DNA of 58,304 nucleotides, the filler included, from Sphacelaria rigidula (taxonomy: Eukaryota), in NCBI GenBank assembly GCA_964200075.2. It is 6 parts of 6 records of this genome, joined end to end, with 100 filler letters (N's around TTAATTAATTAA, not from the genome) between each part and the next. Parts side by side here need not be neighbours in the genome. Positions count along the whole stretch, not along the records: positions 9,736 to 19,369 come from CAXNAA020008064.1; positions 19,470 to 29,103 come from CAXNAA020008065.1; 4 more parts are not named here. One strand, given 5' to 3'. Shown piece by piece: positions 12,831-25,500 of the stretch. The position numbers and the translations under genes are program-made. Within the stretch, counting starts at the first letter, position 1; each line of letters begins with the position of its first letter. The notes under the pieces are model-generated. The model had not been told where the DNA came from, did no database searches, and saw only the letters and a program-made list of their open reading frames with translations.

Positions 12831-13886
12831 AACCCTATTACTACTATTGCTGTTACTACTGCTGTCGACGATGATGTCTTTTCTTACACATCAGGTGCGT
12901 GCATGCAGGTTCGCAGTTTACACACCCGCCCCGGGCCGGGCAGCCCCGGAAGGGAACAGATATATAATACACACACACATATATATATATACTAAGGTCG
13001 ACGGGACCCAGTTGGACCAATACCCGTTTTCCCCCCTGTACATCGTACAAACCCGTCCACCTCAGCCCCTGCTTTCCACCCTCTTCATCGTCTGATGGAA
13101 AAAACGCTCGTGAGAGATCGAAGGACCGTGTTGCAGCGTGCACGCCTGCTTGACGCTGGCTAGGACGAAAAATATGTACACCCGCATCCCCTCCCGGTTT
13201 TGGCACCCGCTGAGACAAAATCGAGGACAGGCCTCCAGGCTGCCGTCACGCGGGATGGGGGACAGGGACAAACAACGGTCGAAGGTCCGCTCCTGTCTAT
13301 TCTGTGATGGACCAACACGAGACTGGGGAAGGCGTGGCAACTTCGACGCTCGTGACCAATGGGTACAACTGAAAGCGTTCGGTGCCCCCTACCTCTCGCA
13401 ATCCCCATGTCCTCTCCAGATTCGGACAAAACACAACCAGTCTCATTTCAGTGTCGTGAAAGCACGAAAAAAAAGCGAAACAACCCCTCTCCCCTCCGCC
13501 CCTATGCGCTCGTGAAGAGAGCAGCAGATACAGCGTGGAAAGCGCCGCAGCCTCAACGCTCATGACCAGTGCCAGCAACCGAGCAAAATCGCTACTCCCT
13601 CGCTCTCGCACCCTTCTCCCGGCATCGCAAAGATCAGAAGAAACCCTTGACACAACCGTCATCACACAAAACCAGAAGAAAAAAAAACAAGATTGCGTGC
13701 GCGTACGTGCACTGTACAAACGTATCGTGCCCTCCACCCTGTCCACTCTCCTTTTTGTGATATTTTCGTCGTGGAGACGGTCGTCGTAGACTGGACACTT
13801 GTTTACTGTTAAAACCACCCCCCCCCCTCCCTTTACTTGGCTCATCGAAGCCACACATCGATCCCCAGCCGTCCGTCGGTGCACAT

Positions 13887-16800
13887 CTATGCACGCTCGT
13901 AGAACAGCAGGTAGGGCGTGTTGTCGGGGTTTCCCAACATGTCTTTTTCGGTAAATTTTTTCTACGCTTTCATCATCGAACCTCCGCCACTGGCCCGTGG
14001 GGTCACGGACGATCGACGTGTAGTGGCCCGAGTGGAGGGAGGGGCCACGGTGCATCACTGACGATAAATGGTTACAAACAGCAGCAACGGACGGAGAGGT
14101 GAGGAGGGAAGGGGGGACTTAGGCATCGAGACCTGATTGGGTCCAGTACTTGTACAGGCTTGGTGAGCTGTCTCCCGTGCTGTTTACCGAATAACGTCGG
14201 GAGGGGTTGCCGTCGGCACCGACATAGCGAAGCGGGGATCGGGCACACAGCAACATGGGTGAACAAAACTACGGAGAAACAGATCGGACGAAAAGAAGAT
14301 TTTGATACCCGGTAAACGCCTCGAAAGATTTATCCAAAACTAGACTACGGAGACGAATGCATGGAGGGTAGACGTGTGACTATTGTAGCAGTTGTTTCCG
14401 AGAATGTTGCACAGTAAGCGTGTTGACCTCGACAAACTATGCTATATTTTCCAGCCAAAGCATTGCGAAGACATTCATGCGTGCGAACGATTATCGATGC
14501 ACAGCAAGGCGCCGCCGAGAGTGAGTGTGCGTGTGGGTCAAGCTTGAGGAAGGTCCAAACGATACGAGGGTAGGTGAACAGTCCAGGCACATCGAGAGAC
14601 ATATCCGTTTGTGTGTGCCAGTCAACTGTACAGTGCTACTGTCGATTGGTGTCCGGAGATTTCAACGGTAGAATTTCGTTTCCGATTGATCTCCGGCGCT
14701 CAGTGTGGTGCCAGACCGTAAGTTACTGGGTGGTGTACTGTCCGACGCAAATACACGCCCCCAACACAACTCATCAACAGCACACAAGCAGTAGTTCACG
14801 CCCATTTCGCCGCACTCCTCGTCGAGGGCTTGTGAAAGCATTTTCCGCGGCAGTGTGAATACTGGCCGGAAGCTGGCGATGAGAGGATGAACAGCCAGGA
14901 GAGCACATATAAGGACGTATAAAGGGTACTTGACCGGTCAACATCTGCACGCCCGTCTGTCTACAGGCATGAAGGTACGGAAGTGTACTTTCCTCACGAT
15001 ACAACAGTACAAGCCACTTCTTGTACTCCTAGAGACGTCCCCAGTCTTGCTCAAAAACAAGGCGCACCAGATCCCGTGAACGTTTCAAGGCCACGGAGGG
15101 GATCTAGCTCGTAGATTCGGACACCAACACACGCATGATTCGCATGATCGACCTGTGCACCCGTCACAAGCTGTGGTCAGCCGGGCACGCACCTGACGCT
15201 TGCTAGGGATAGGAACATGGCTTCCCTACGTGCAGCTTGAGAAACATGGGATCCGTTTCAGACGGTGAGAACAGTGACCGCCTCGTCCCTATGCGTTCAT
15301 ACATGACACTATAACATGCCGAAAACTACGCAGGTTTCGCACGAAGAACACCACACACCACCCTGCACTGCCGATACTCGTATCTGCTCGGGGTATACCT
15401 CAAGCGGCCCTCGAGCTTCCCGGGAACTCTTTTCGCGAACTCGTACATTCCGAACTGCTTAGCCTGTACAGCCATCATGAGGGGCGCCTCGTGCAGGGAT
15501 ACCCGCTTGCTGGCCTCCACCTTGGTGTGTCGCAGACGTCAGAATAGGCGGGGGTCGGGTGCTGTTTACAAACATTTCACGTCGGTGTAGATGCCAAACA
15601 TGACCTCACGGTCAAAACACGGGGTAGTGGTGGAGCAACGACAAAACGTAGGAGGCACGTAGTGTGTTGCGAATGTACTGCGAGTGTTTCAAACGAGGTG
15701 AAGAGCTTTCGGCCAACGATTTTGAAGCATTTTGAAGCACAAAATGGATGACGGGACTCAACTTTGAGCATCGCATGAAGCCGCCTTTCCGTTGACGGAC
15801 GCAGCTTCAATCGAGACGCAGCGCTGGATGCGTTGGTCCTAGGACGGGGGCCGAGATGAGTATATCTATCTCGAGGGATACCTGGACTCGTGCTCAACAA
15901 AAACGAGTTGGTGCTCGTGCACAACTCTCATTACAAAAAATATCCGACGTGTCGCCTTACTTAGTCGATGTCGTCCTTGACACCTTCCAGTTGATCGGTC
16001 ATAAGAAGCCGCCGAGGGCTTCCAGAATTGGGATGGGCTTCACTCCATTCTCCTTCTCCCCTGGCCGACCGGCACTGTTGCGCTCTTTTCCGCCCCCGCG
16101 CTTCTTCCCCCGCCCGTCTCGGTGTCCCATTGCGCCGTGCTGCTGCTCCTGCTTCTGCTGTCCCTACTTCTGCTGTCCGTCTCTCCGGGCTCCCTTGACG
16201 CTTGTCTTCTTCTCTTCCGAGTTCTCGCTCGGCTTGGGCTCGTTGAGGAACGCCTGTTCGAGTGAAATGCAGATAGGAAAGGGGACAGCGAGGAGGTGGA
16301 CGGTCGACGAATCCTCTTGCTTGTGCGCAGAGAGAGATTTGAACGCCGACCTTTCCAGAAAGGCAACTTCAGCGTCAAAAACGAACATAATCGGAGCACA
16401 GCTCTACCTCACTCCATCTGCCCACGTCCCTTCGCAAAAGAGCCAGTTCCATCACACCACGAGGTAGCTGCACGAGAAAGTTATCCCACAAGCACAGGGT
16501 GCAGTTTTCGGGTGACACTTTTAGTCATTTTTACTACTTTCATCGGAACCGGTGATCAGTGTTGTCAGTCTCCTTTCCGCCCCGCCCTTCCCCTTTTTTT
16601 CTGCCTCTTTTGTCGCTGGTTCTTGATCAGTCTACTCTCCTTGTTTCATGTCCGTTATTTTTGTTATCTGCCTTTATCGAGTTTCCTTTGGCGAGCGTTT
16701 CTGTTTTGTTCACCTTGGGTACGTCCATCTTGTGGATAATGACCACTGATGGACCCCTCGGAGGCCAGTCAATGCGCATCAAACAAAACAGCCCAACACA

Positions 16801-19094
16801 TGTTTCCCGAACAGGCTACATGCGCGGCACCCAAATGCCTTAGTACTAGAGTATATATCGTACGTCCCAGACGGCCACGCACTCGTTCGTACTGCGCGAG
16901 TGTCCAGAGGTGCATGATGCCACACTCAACACACGAAACAACAACCCACGTGAACAGTGCCGAGATCCTCCACGCAATGGGTCTCCGTGGACCGGTCTCC
17001 CCGTGTCTTCTTGATCGTCTGCAAAAGTTTGCCTGAAAATTGTCTCTCGAGCTGAAACAAATCGCCATCGGCAAACGGTAAACGGCAGTTAAGCACAGAA
17101 TAGAAAGATGAGACGACAGCAATGGACAACCTCAGTCCGTGTACTCATTCAGTGACCCAGGGAACCCGGAATTACCCAACACGAGTGAGTACACGGCAGC
17201 AGATACATGATAAGAGCACAATCGCAGCTTCGGCCGGTAGCCAACTTACCGCTTCAGCGAAAACGCGGGCAACGAGCGAGGGGGACGACTTCATGATCCC
17301 ACGGTGATCGACGGTCTGCGGGGCAGAGAGTTTGCGGACAAGTGCTTGTACCGTGCTTCATACATACAGTACAAACTCAGGAAGCTACAGAGCAAACCCG
17401 CGTCGGCCGCGAGAAGCAAGAGCGTTTTGCGCAATCCATCATGCCTGCCCACGTGTACGATCGCCATATTTCCGGCACGTCCTGCTACCCTCCATGACTT
17501 GGAGTGAGACTCACAACGTGAGATGCCCTCAACTTACCGCTGACCGCCTCCTCACGCGAGGCACTCCGTTGACGTGCGCGGTGTAGGTTTCCGCGATGTT
17601 GTTCAGCACTGCCTTTGTCGGCGAGCAGGCCTCGGTTAGGTCGATATCGACGACTTCTTCCGTCGCCTTGCGGAGTGTGTTTTCAGGATTGCGGCAAGCG
17701 GGGGCGGGAAGTAGAAAATGATGGTGCTGTCGGATACAGGTAGTCACCCATTCAAACTTCGCGGCCCGCGCACTCTGTTGAACCGGGCAGGCGGCGCTTG
17801 CAGGCTAGTTGCTAATTCTGGTTCTACCTCATCACGTGCACGTGAACGATGTCATCTGCTGTTTCCTTCAAGGGATCGTACCTTATCGAGCAGGTAGCTC
17901 AAGAGTTCCTCCGGATCCTCTCGGCAGTCGAGCCTCAGCTGCCCATTCATATCCCTCGGAAGGGACGCCCTGGAGCGCACTAAGAAAGACTTGAAAGCCT
18001 GCCAGCGCAGCGGTACAACAAGCGAAAGGTACGTCAGTGCACGTCGACCTGACGCTGTCTTACGTGGCTCGATACCTGTGCTACCGAACAAAGAGGCTGC
18101 GATGCAAGACTCGACGTGGATCAACGACCCGATTTCACACGAGTGCGTATGGAGAGTGTAGCCGCAGTGGACTGGGTGGGTGGGGGCGGACGGGGAAAAC
18201 TCGCCCTGACGAGTTAATAACGTTTGGTTTTTGTGCGATTTGACACAAAAGTCAAAGCCGGATCATTAATCCACCATTCAAAAACGAAAATCAACTCCCT
18301 TGACATTACTTGTGCTATAGTTACCGCTGCTGCTGCTGTAGCGGTATGTAGACACACACACAGCCCCAAAACCAACACTCAAAGCCAATCAATAACGTAC
18401 CACCTGTGCCGCGTTGATTACGCGCTTGCTATCGGCCGACCGCTCGTCGGTGCCTTCGCGATAGGACTTGAGTAATCTGCGAAGACACGATATCAACGGC
18501 AGCCTCGTGTCGACTTCTTTGCACTGCCTCAATGCGGGCTCAGCTGCGTCGATGAGGCTACATGTTTGCGTTTTCGTAGGGGACGAGGGACGGGGCAGCG
18601 GAACGGGGATTGATGCGACCGAGAGCGGTTTTGAATCGAAGTAGGCGCCAATATTAGCTGCAGGACAATGCCCAGGTACGAGGATCTCGGTTGTTGCAAA
18701 AAGCAAACCATGTAGTCTGCTCACCGCTGGGAAGCCAAAAGTACTCAAGTCAAGGACAAAAAACCTTGTCGGTGCACTGAATACCTGGTGTGGCTCCATC
18801 GAACCGAGTTCACAACCACGGCAGTACAGTGTCACACTAACGCGTCTCGCGCCACCACCGCATCGAATCCGCTCACCTAATCATAGGCTGGCAGCCCAAT
18901 AGCGCTTGCATGCGGGCGTTGAAGATGCAGTCATTTTCTTCATTTGTCAGACCCGTGGGCGTCAATACTCTTCTCCTCGCAGCCTGGGCGGCCGCCGCCA
19001 CCGTCTCCTTTTCCCCCTTCTTGGCCGCCGCCTCCTTCTCAGCCGCCAAGCTCTTGCGGAGCGGTATGCCCGCCACCACGCCGTCACGATGGTA
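13887..19094 (-). pseudogene. Multi-exon ubiquitin-specific protease (peptidase C19/UCH) with an N-terminal IQ-like motif, frameshifted
   Basis: Cys box GLTNEENDCIFNARMQALLGC (exon ending 18877); in-phase exon 18404-18557; QxD-box-like REDPEELLSYLLDK (17882-17998); exon ~17536-17750; EASKRVSLHEAPLMMAVQAKQF (~15370-15520); His box VMHRGPSLHSGHYTSIVRDPTGQWRRFDDESV then, after a +1 shift, PYLLFYERA* (13887-14057). GT-AG junctions at the resolved exons. Confidence 0.8.
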
Positions 19095-19122
19095 GAGAAG
19101 GCGGTAAAGGAGGCGGAGACAG

Positions 19123-19369
19123 CGGCCGCTACCATCGTGACGGCGTGGTGGCGGGGAAACCGCGTCCGCAAAAGCTTGGCGATGGCCAAGGCGGACGCGA
19201 TGACGAAGGCGGTGGCCGCTACCATCATGACGGCGTGGTGGCGGAGGAGCCGCGTCCGCAAAAGCTTGGCGATAGCCAAGGCGGACGCGGTGACGAAGGC
19301 GGTGGTCGCTACCGTGCTGACGGCGTAGTGGCGGAGGAGCCGCGTCCGCAAAAGCTTGGCGATAGCCAA
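19123..19369 (+). repeat. 90-bp (30-aa) tandem repeat encoding IQ-like motifs, inverted relative to the USP gene
   Basis: CTACC(A/G)T units at 19129, 19219 and 19309 encode AATIVTAWWRGNRVRKSLAMAKADAMTKAV. One copy has a TAG stop. Confidence 0.85.
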
Positions 19370-19471
19370 NNNNNNNNNNNNNNNNNNNNNNNNNNNNNNN
19401 NNNNNNNNNNNNNTTAATTAATTAANNNNNNNNNNNNNNNNNNNNNNNNNNNNNNNNNNNNNNNNNNNNAT

Positions 19472-19503
<32 letters not shown>

Positions 19504-19505
<2 letters not shown>

Positions 19506-19800
19506 AGGTTCCCCTTCGGGAGGTTGGTAAGGGCCTCCCGGGGGTGACGCAAGTCGAAAACATATTTTGTCAAGTTTTCCACGATCTTGAGTTGCGGTTT
19601 GGGATTAACACCCCGCGAAAAAAGGTCAGTTTGAGCGACTTTCGGTGACCAGAACACGCGCCACAGGTATCAGATGGCGCCCAAACCTGACCCGTAATGT
19701 ACCGCTGAGCCTTCTCGGTGCGCCGCAATAGGACGTGTGGGAAAAAATGTCTTGCCGCCAGAGAAAACTCGGCAAAAGCGGTGAAATGATAGATGTACAT
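19504..19800 (-). mobile_element. Short non-autonomous Helitron-like element in (TA)n
   Basis: Minus-strand 3' end has hairpin CCTCCCGAAGGGG then AACCTTG|T. Homologous to 20280-21140 and 39934-41200. Confidence 0.6.
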
Positions 19801-19809
19801 AATATATAT

Positions 19810-20237
19810 TGCGCGTAAAAGCACTGACAGCGCTTGCAGGACCGTGCCTCCTGAAGTGAGTACCTCTACAGGCGCTACCAAGATAGGTATCGCGTAGAAT
19901 AACATCATCCAGAGTGAACCCATTACGGATCGATGCTTGTTTGCCGGGGCAGGAGTCACCCAGCAGGTCATGATGTGGAAGTGAGCGCACCTGCGTGTCC
20001 ACATATGTATTCACTGACGTCTCACGCAGTCTGGGCCGAGGGGAGTCCGTTTTGAGGGCGTATCGATGGCATTGCCCAGAATCCGTACTCACTTCGTGCG
20101 TCTGGCGCACCACGTAGAACTTGCCGCCGATGCGGGAATATGCGGTCTGAGCTGTGGTCTACCTCTGTGTCAATTTTCAGGCTGGTTCGTTCAGACACGG
20201 CGGAGATATTCACAAGCAAAGTAACGCTTGAGTTGTA
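19810..20237 (-). pseudogene. Possible degenerate C-terminal exons (beta-strand plus transmembrane segment) of the DUF11-type gene
   Basis: TTTTCAG acceptor then YNSSVTLLVNISAVSERTSLKIDTEV. Further down, hydrophobic GSLWMMLFYAIPILVAPVEV. Frames are broken. Confidence 0.3.
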
Positions 20238-20279
20238 CTGAAAATACAGTACTAAGCCGTCGAAAGATACATCAGATGC

Positions 20280-21140
20280 GTACTCGTATGATTCTCCCTG
20301 TCATCCCTGTCATCCCTGTCACAAGGACAAACCTGTCTGTAATGCATGAGAGGACCGCGTGCTTAGAGGACCACGCCGTAATTAAAAAAACCCTCAGGAT
20401 TGACGCTTTTCATAACCGATCGGGCCGGTCCCTGCAGGTACTACGCCCCTGACCCTGACCTCGACACTAACCCTAACCCTAACCCTGACCATTGGGATAT
20501 TCAAATTCCGATGCGATCCTCTAAACACGCGGTCCTCTCACGCATTACACTGTCAACCCTGCCACAAGGATATCCCTGCGCCTGCACTTCACAAGTGTAT
20601 CCTACGGGTTGCATGATCACAGGGATTTCGGCACCGCTCTTTGCTGGTCAATACAGGTGGCCCACAGTGGGGACGTTTGCCCACGTGCGTGCCTTGTTCA
20701 CCTCGTCAAAGGCTCACCGCACGGTCTGGTGTTTGCTGCTGACTAAGGCCAAGGCAATGTGCAATTGTTTTCAACTGCAGCGCTCTCATGTTCTCGTGGC
20801 GGCATAAGCGGTGTAATCGTACTCCCAAGTGAACGAGAACCCGACGAAGGAAAGGACGGGGAAAAAATACCCCGCCAACAACCATCCTGCTGCTTGAAGT
20901 TTTTCATGAATTTGGGAAGGCGTTTGTGGTTCGGGATCGACACCCCGCGAAAAAGAGCCAGTGCGGGCGACTTTCGCTGCGCAGAACACGCACCACAGAT
21001 ATCAGGTGACACCCACACCTGAAAGGTAATGTACCGCTGCGTCTTCTCCGTGCACTGCAAAAGAAAGCGCGTGATGAGATGCCTTGCCGCCAGAGCAAAC
21101 TCGGCAAAAGTGGTGAAAAAAGTGAAATGATACATGTACA
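20280..21140 (-). mobile_element. Second copy of the Helitron-like family (3' end missing), containing (CCCTAA)-like repeats
   Basis: Shares ACACCCCGCGAAAAAG, CAGAACACGC and AAAACTCGGCAAAAG blocks with the other copies. Abuts (TA)n at 21140. Confidence 0.6.
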
Positions 21141-21949
21141 TATATATATATATATGCATTCCCCCGGATATATGCGTTAGAGGTGAGTTTCAGGTGTCAA
21201 TAGTTGCTCTAGTAGTATAGGCGTTAGCCTGACGGATACGGCTCCGATTTCTGCTGAGTTGGTCATCGCATTCTCTCACACAAATTTCGACCCCGTGGGG
21301 CAAGTTGAGTTTTCGAGTGTCCCCGCGATTCGAGATAAATTCATCCTGGTGTGTCGTCCGCCCGCCGTGCACCGTGCGAGGAACGTATCTCCCGGGTGCC
21401 CATGCCTGGCCCTCTGCTGTGGTAGCTGCGCATCGGGTGCATGGTGGCGACTTCTCGCGCGGAAACCATGTACAGCACATACGACAACGCATACACCTAT
21501 GCGGGTAGTTTCCCATGCGGGTAGTTAGTTCTTGATTCAGGTCTAAGTGACGTTCAATCGGAACAATACGAGTAACGGTTCCACGTTCTGCGCTATATGC
21601 GCGCACATGATGAATAGACATGTGAACACACCGTATCATGTACGACACATTTCAGATTCCCGCCAGCATGGCGAATCGTCGAGACTACAGTTGGGGTTAG
21701 TATTTGGCGACCGTTTTGCGACGGGCGAAACGGACAAAGGGGGTGTGATGATAGCGGGTGACATGAAGAGTGGAAAGTTCGCTACTGCACACGTGGACAA
21801 ATAGCACCCTAGGGCACGTCTACAGGGTTCAGGGACACTGTGCCGTGTTTCTCGCGGGGATCTGGCTGTAGTTTTTTTCTTGCGCCTCACAGGACGATTC
21901 ACAGGGTTCAGGGAAACTGTGCAGGGTTTCTCGCGGGGATTCGAGTGTA

Positions 21950-22199
21950 GAGTCATCCTACGATAGGGGGGGGGGTATTGTGGGCCGCTTCCTGCACGAA
22001 ATTCCAAGACAAATCGCCGCTGAAATCAGCAACGGTTGCTCGAACGAGCTAGTTACAGATACATAACGCTCATTCATACCGATTGACACCGTTTTGAATC
22101 AAATACAAGCGCATCGCGAGTGTTGCAGGTCATCTGACACACTTATCAGCCTTTTCCCCCGTGCAATCAAACACCCACCCCCCTATCGTAGGATGACTC
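21950..22199. mobile_element. Small MITE with ~22-bp TIRs (GAG...CTC termini)
   Basis: GAGTCATCCTACGATAGGGGGG ... CCCCCCTATCGTAGGATGACTC. Confidence 0.75.
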
Positions 22200-22557
22200 A
22201 GCAACGGACGGGCACGATGCGATACATACGAGGTGATGAGCCAATAGTTTGCAATAGGATGTCCATGTGTCTGAGCGGGACGCAACCACCTAACGGAACA
22301 TACTGGAAGGCGTCGAAATATGTGCGCAGAATATGCTTACACAACACAGACTCAGTCCCGTTCAGAGGAATAACAGCTTTCCTGAACATTTTCATCAGAC
22401 CCACTTAAGCGGTACAAAGCCTGAAAAGCGTCTGCCTCGTATTCAGTTTCGCAAGGGGAGCAAATCCCTGAGCTAGAATTGAAACCTTGGAAAATCATAG
22501 CGTGGATGTACCGTCGTTTATAAGTGTCCCCTACCCTTTGATGGAATTCGATCACAC

Positions 22558-25500
22558 CTGCCGGAACGCAGTGCACTCGTATCCTTCACCCTGCTGCAGC
22601 AGCTCGGGTCCTGGCGTAGCGCAACTCACGGAGTCGTTGGTTCCAATTAAGCTGGGAGAAGACAACGTAACGGTCCCCTCATTTTCGACCGCGATGATGT
22701 AGTTGAAGACTTCTCCGGCGTCGTGGCGGCCGTTACTGGAACCGCCGTCGCTCCATGTTCCTGTTTGGACTATCAAGGGTACATCGGGGAGCGAGAGGGG
22801 CATGCGATGTTCACCGCCTCACATCTTTGCGACGCCGAGAAATACTGAAACGGCATTGCCTCCATCCTTGGTTCCCAGAATATCTCGGTCTTCAAGTTCA
22901 AGATGATGGACAGATTTAAGCTCCTTCAATATATCTTGAAGCTATGAGTCATGGGATATACATCATTACTTTTTTTTCTTCTTTCACAAGTTCAATCCCT
23001 GCTCTTCTTCGGAACGAGACCGTGGTCTCAAGGAACCAACTTCTCTCTACCGCGGTACACGCTTTGCATATTGTTATCGCAAAGAAGATCAACACTTTCG
23101 CAACTCTTCGACTTTCATCATATACAACCCCTTCGTTCCTCAAGTCTTCACGCTTCCGATTACAGGAATCAGAGTCTTCTGGGGGAAATACCTAGTTGCA
23201 TCAGCCAGGAATCGAACCGCATTCTTGAGACCTAGTTGTTGACCAATTACGGCCGTTTGACACGATGGATAAAGCTGATCGTTTCGAAATCTTTCCGATT
23301 CCGACCTCTGTCCATGGTCACTTGCCAAAGGTATGTATTCATGTATGGAGGGTTGCACGCGCAGCATTTCATTGCGATTTTCGTTCCAATATCCGATCAG
23401 AAGCGTTCACCGCCCGAAATCAGCACTACTGCTTGTCTAGCACCCGCCCAGCCTCGCATTGCAAAGAGCATTGCTGTACTGCGCTGTAAATACCACCTTT
23501 TTGTTTTCCGAGGTGACAATGGTGTTGTCATGACACACTTAGAAATGTATGGGGAATCTTAGCACCTCATCATGGAATCCACTGTTCTGTGTGCTTGATT
23601 GGAAAATATAGAAAATGTCAGGAAGTTTCCGATAAAGCCTCATCGTTTGGAACTGGCTTCGGGCCACATTCCGTGAGAGCGGGTATCGCCGTTACCGTGC
23701 TTGATACTTGAGCATCTACAAACTGAAGAGCCACGAGCACCAACATGCAGACTCACTGTTCGATCTAAATGTTCTATGCCTGCAATTTGCTATTTTTGTC
23801 CACCTGTAACCACATCGTATTCTGAAGAACATGGTTTTTCATCGCGAGAACTCGATATTTATCTCCACCTCTTTAAAGGCATGGCCCATGCTTGCTCCCG
23901 ATGGCCACGAAAGTACGAGTTTGAATTACTCACCGACGCTGATTTCCGCGAGCTGGGTGACATAAACTGTCATGGTGTGTTGGTGTGCTATGCTTCCGTT
24001 GGCCGGATCGACTGCCTCCACCTGAAAAACAAATCAGAGCGCACATCAATCTTTTGATGCTCGAAAGACAGCGGCTGCTACAGTATCAAGGGCCACAGCA
24101 TCTAAGTGATGGGTATTTATGATGTGTTTTTCAAGGGGGGAAAAGTAGAGAAAGTAAAAAAAAGTATATTATATAGGCTTGCACGCGCTCATCGCCGAGA
24201 ACACATTTCATCCGCAGAACATTACGCAGGTTTTAGGAGTTAAGCTCGTGAACTTTGCACGCACGTACTACCGGGCATTATGGAACGTTCGACAAGTGGT
24301 TTGTTCTCGCCAGTTATCAGGGGTCCCAGGGTCTTGGCTGACATGGGTATCACAAAAGGGATTCGCTGATCAACACATTCGGGGTGATGGGCGTGAATTA
24401 AGTTGTAGCTTTGCGTACTACACATACACGTGCTTCGTGGCCCATACGTTGGACATTCAGACACCAAACACTTTGTGGGAAGAATGTGGAGGCAACTGCA
24501 GATAGCTCGGAGAAGACTTCGTCATTGTTTTCATTTGAACGTCAAACAGGATAGTACAAGATCTCGGTTATTTCGGGAACCCCCGGCACGAGTCACATGA
24601 GCCAGTGTGAGGCATATTTTACTTGAACAAAGGAGCTACCCTCCGGGAATACACAGAGTCGGAAACGGCGAACGCAAAGGAACAAAGTGAAAACGTCCAC
24701 AGTTATTCGAAGCAGCACCGATCCTGTAGGGGTCTGAGCAATAACTTCCCATGGACAATAAATCTTGCACCCTACGAAACAAAGTTGTGAACTACAGCCC
24801 AGCGGCTAACCTTGGCAGTCCCTTCGAAACCACCGGCGTCCACTTCCGACTTTGTCAGGGAGACAGCGCCTATACACACAATGGAAGCCCCATCAGGATC
24901 AGACGCTGGTGTGAACGCGCTGGAGGTCGGGTCAGTGAAGTCTTGATCGCAGTCCAAGTCCTCAGGGTCGAACATGCTATCGGTGACCATCACCCCTCGC
25001 AGTCTAGTATTTCCCGTGTTTGATACGGTGATGTTGAAAGTTGCCACGTCACCCTCGTCGCTATACTGCGTGTTGGGTCCTGCACCAACGGTCATGGACT
25101 GCAGTGTTCTCACCACAAAAACCGCTGATTGGCGTGGTAGAGACACGATGTCTGCGTCCATGGTGGTTATTTTAATCGAACCGGGACTGGCTGTCCACCC
25201 GGTCAAGATGGCGTTGTTGGAAACCGAACCCGCATCGATATCGTCCTGGATTGGTTTTAATGTGAAAGGAAAATGCAACTTGAAATATACTACCGTTGTT
25301 CGACCATTGAATTTGTTTCGATGCGCTCCATGCCCCGAAATGAGCGCATAACCACTAACAGGTACGATCACTTCAAGTCAAACTTCGAAGGCATCCTATA
25401 GAAGCCAACGTGTTTGTGTCAATCATCTGGAGGTGCGGTCAGCTCGTGTCGCATTTAGGCACTTCTTGTCTGGCCAAGATACGGGACAGATGGCGCAAGA

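Noticed and set aside
20447..20490. True telomere
   Set aside because: Only a few degenerate CCCTAA units, internal to a dispersed repeat.
23934..24021. Frameshift in the small DUF11-gene exon
   Set aside because: On recount the exon is 88 nt (phase 0 to 1) and reads through in frame.
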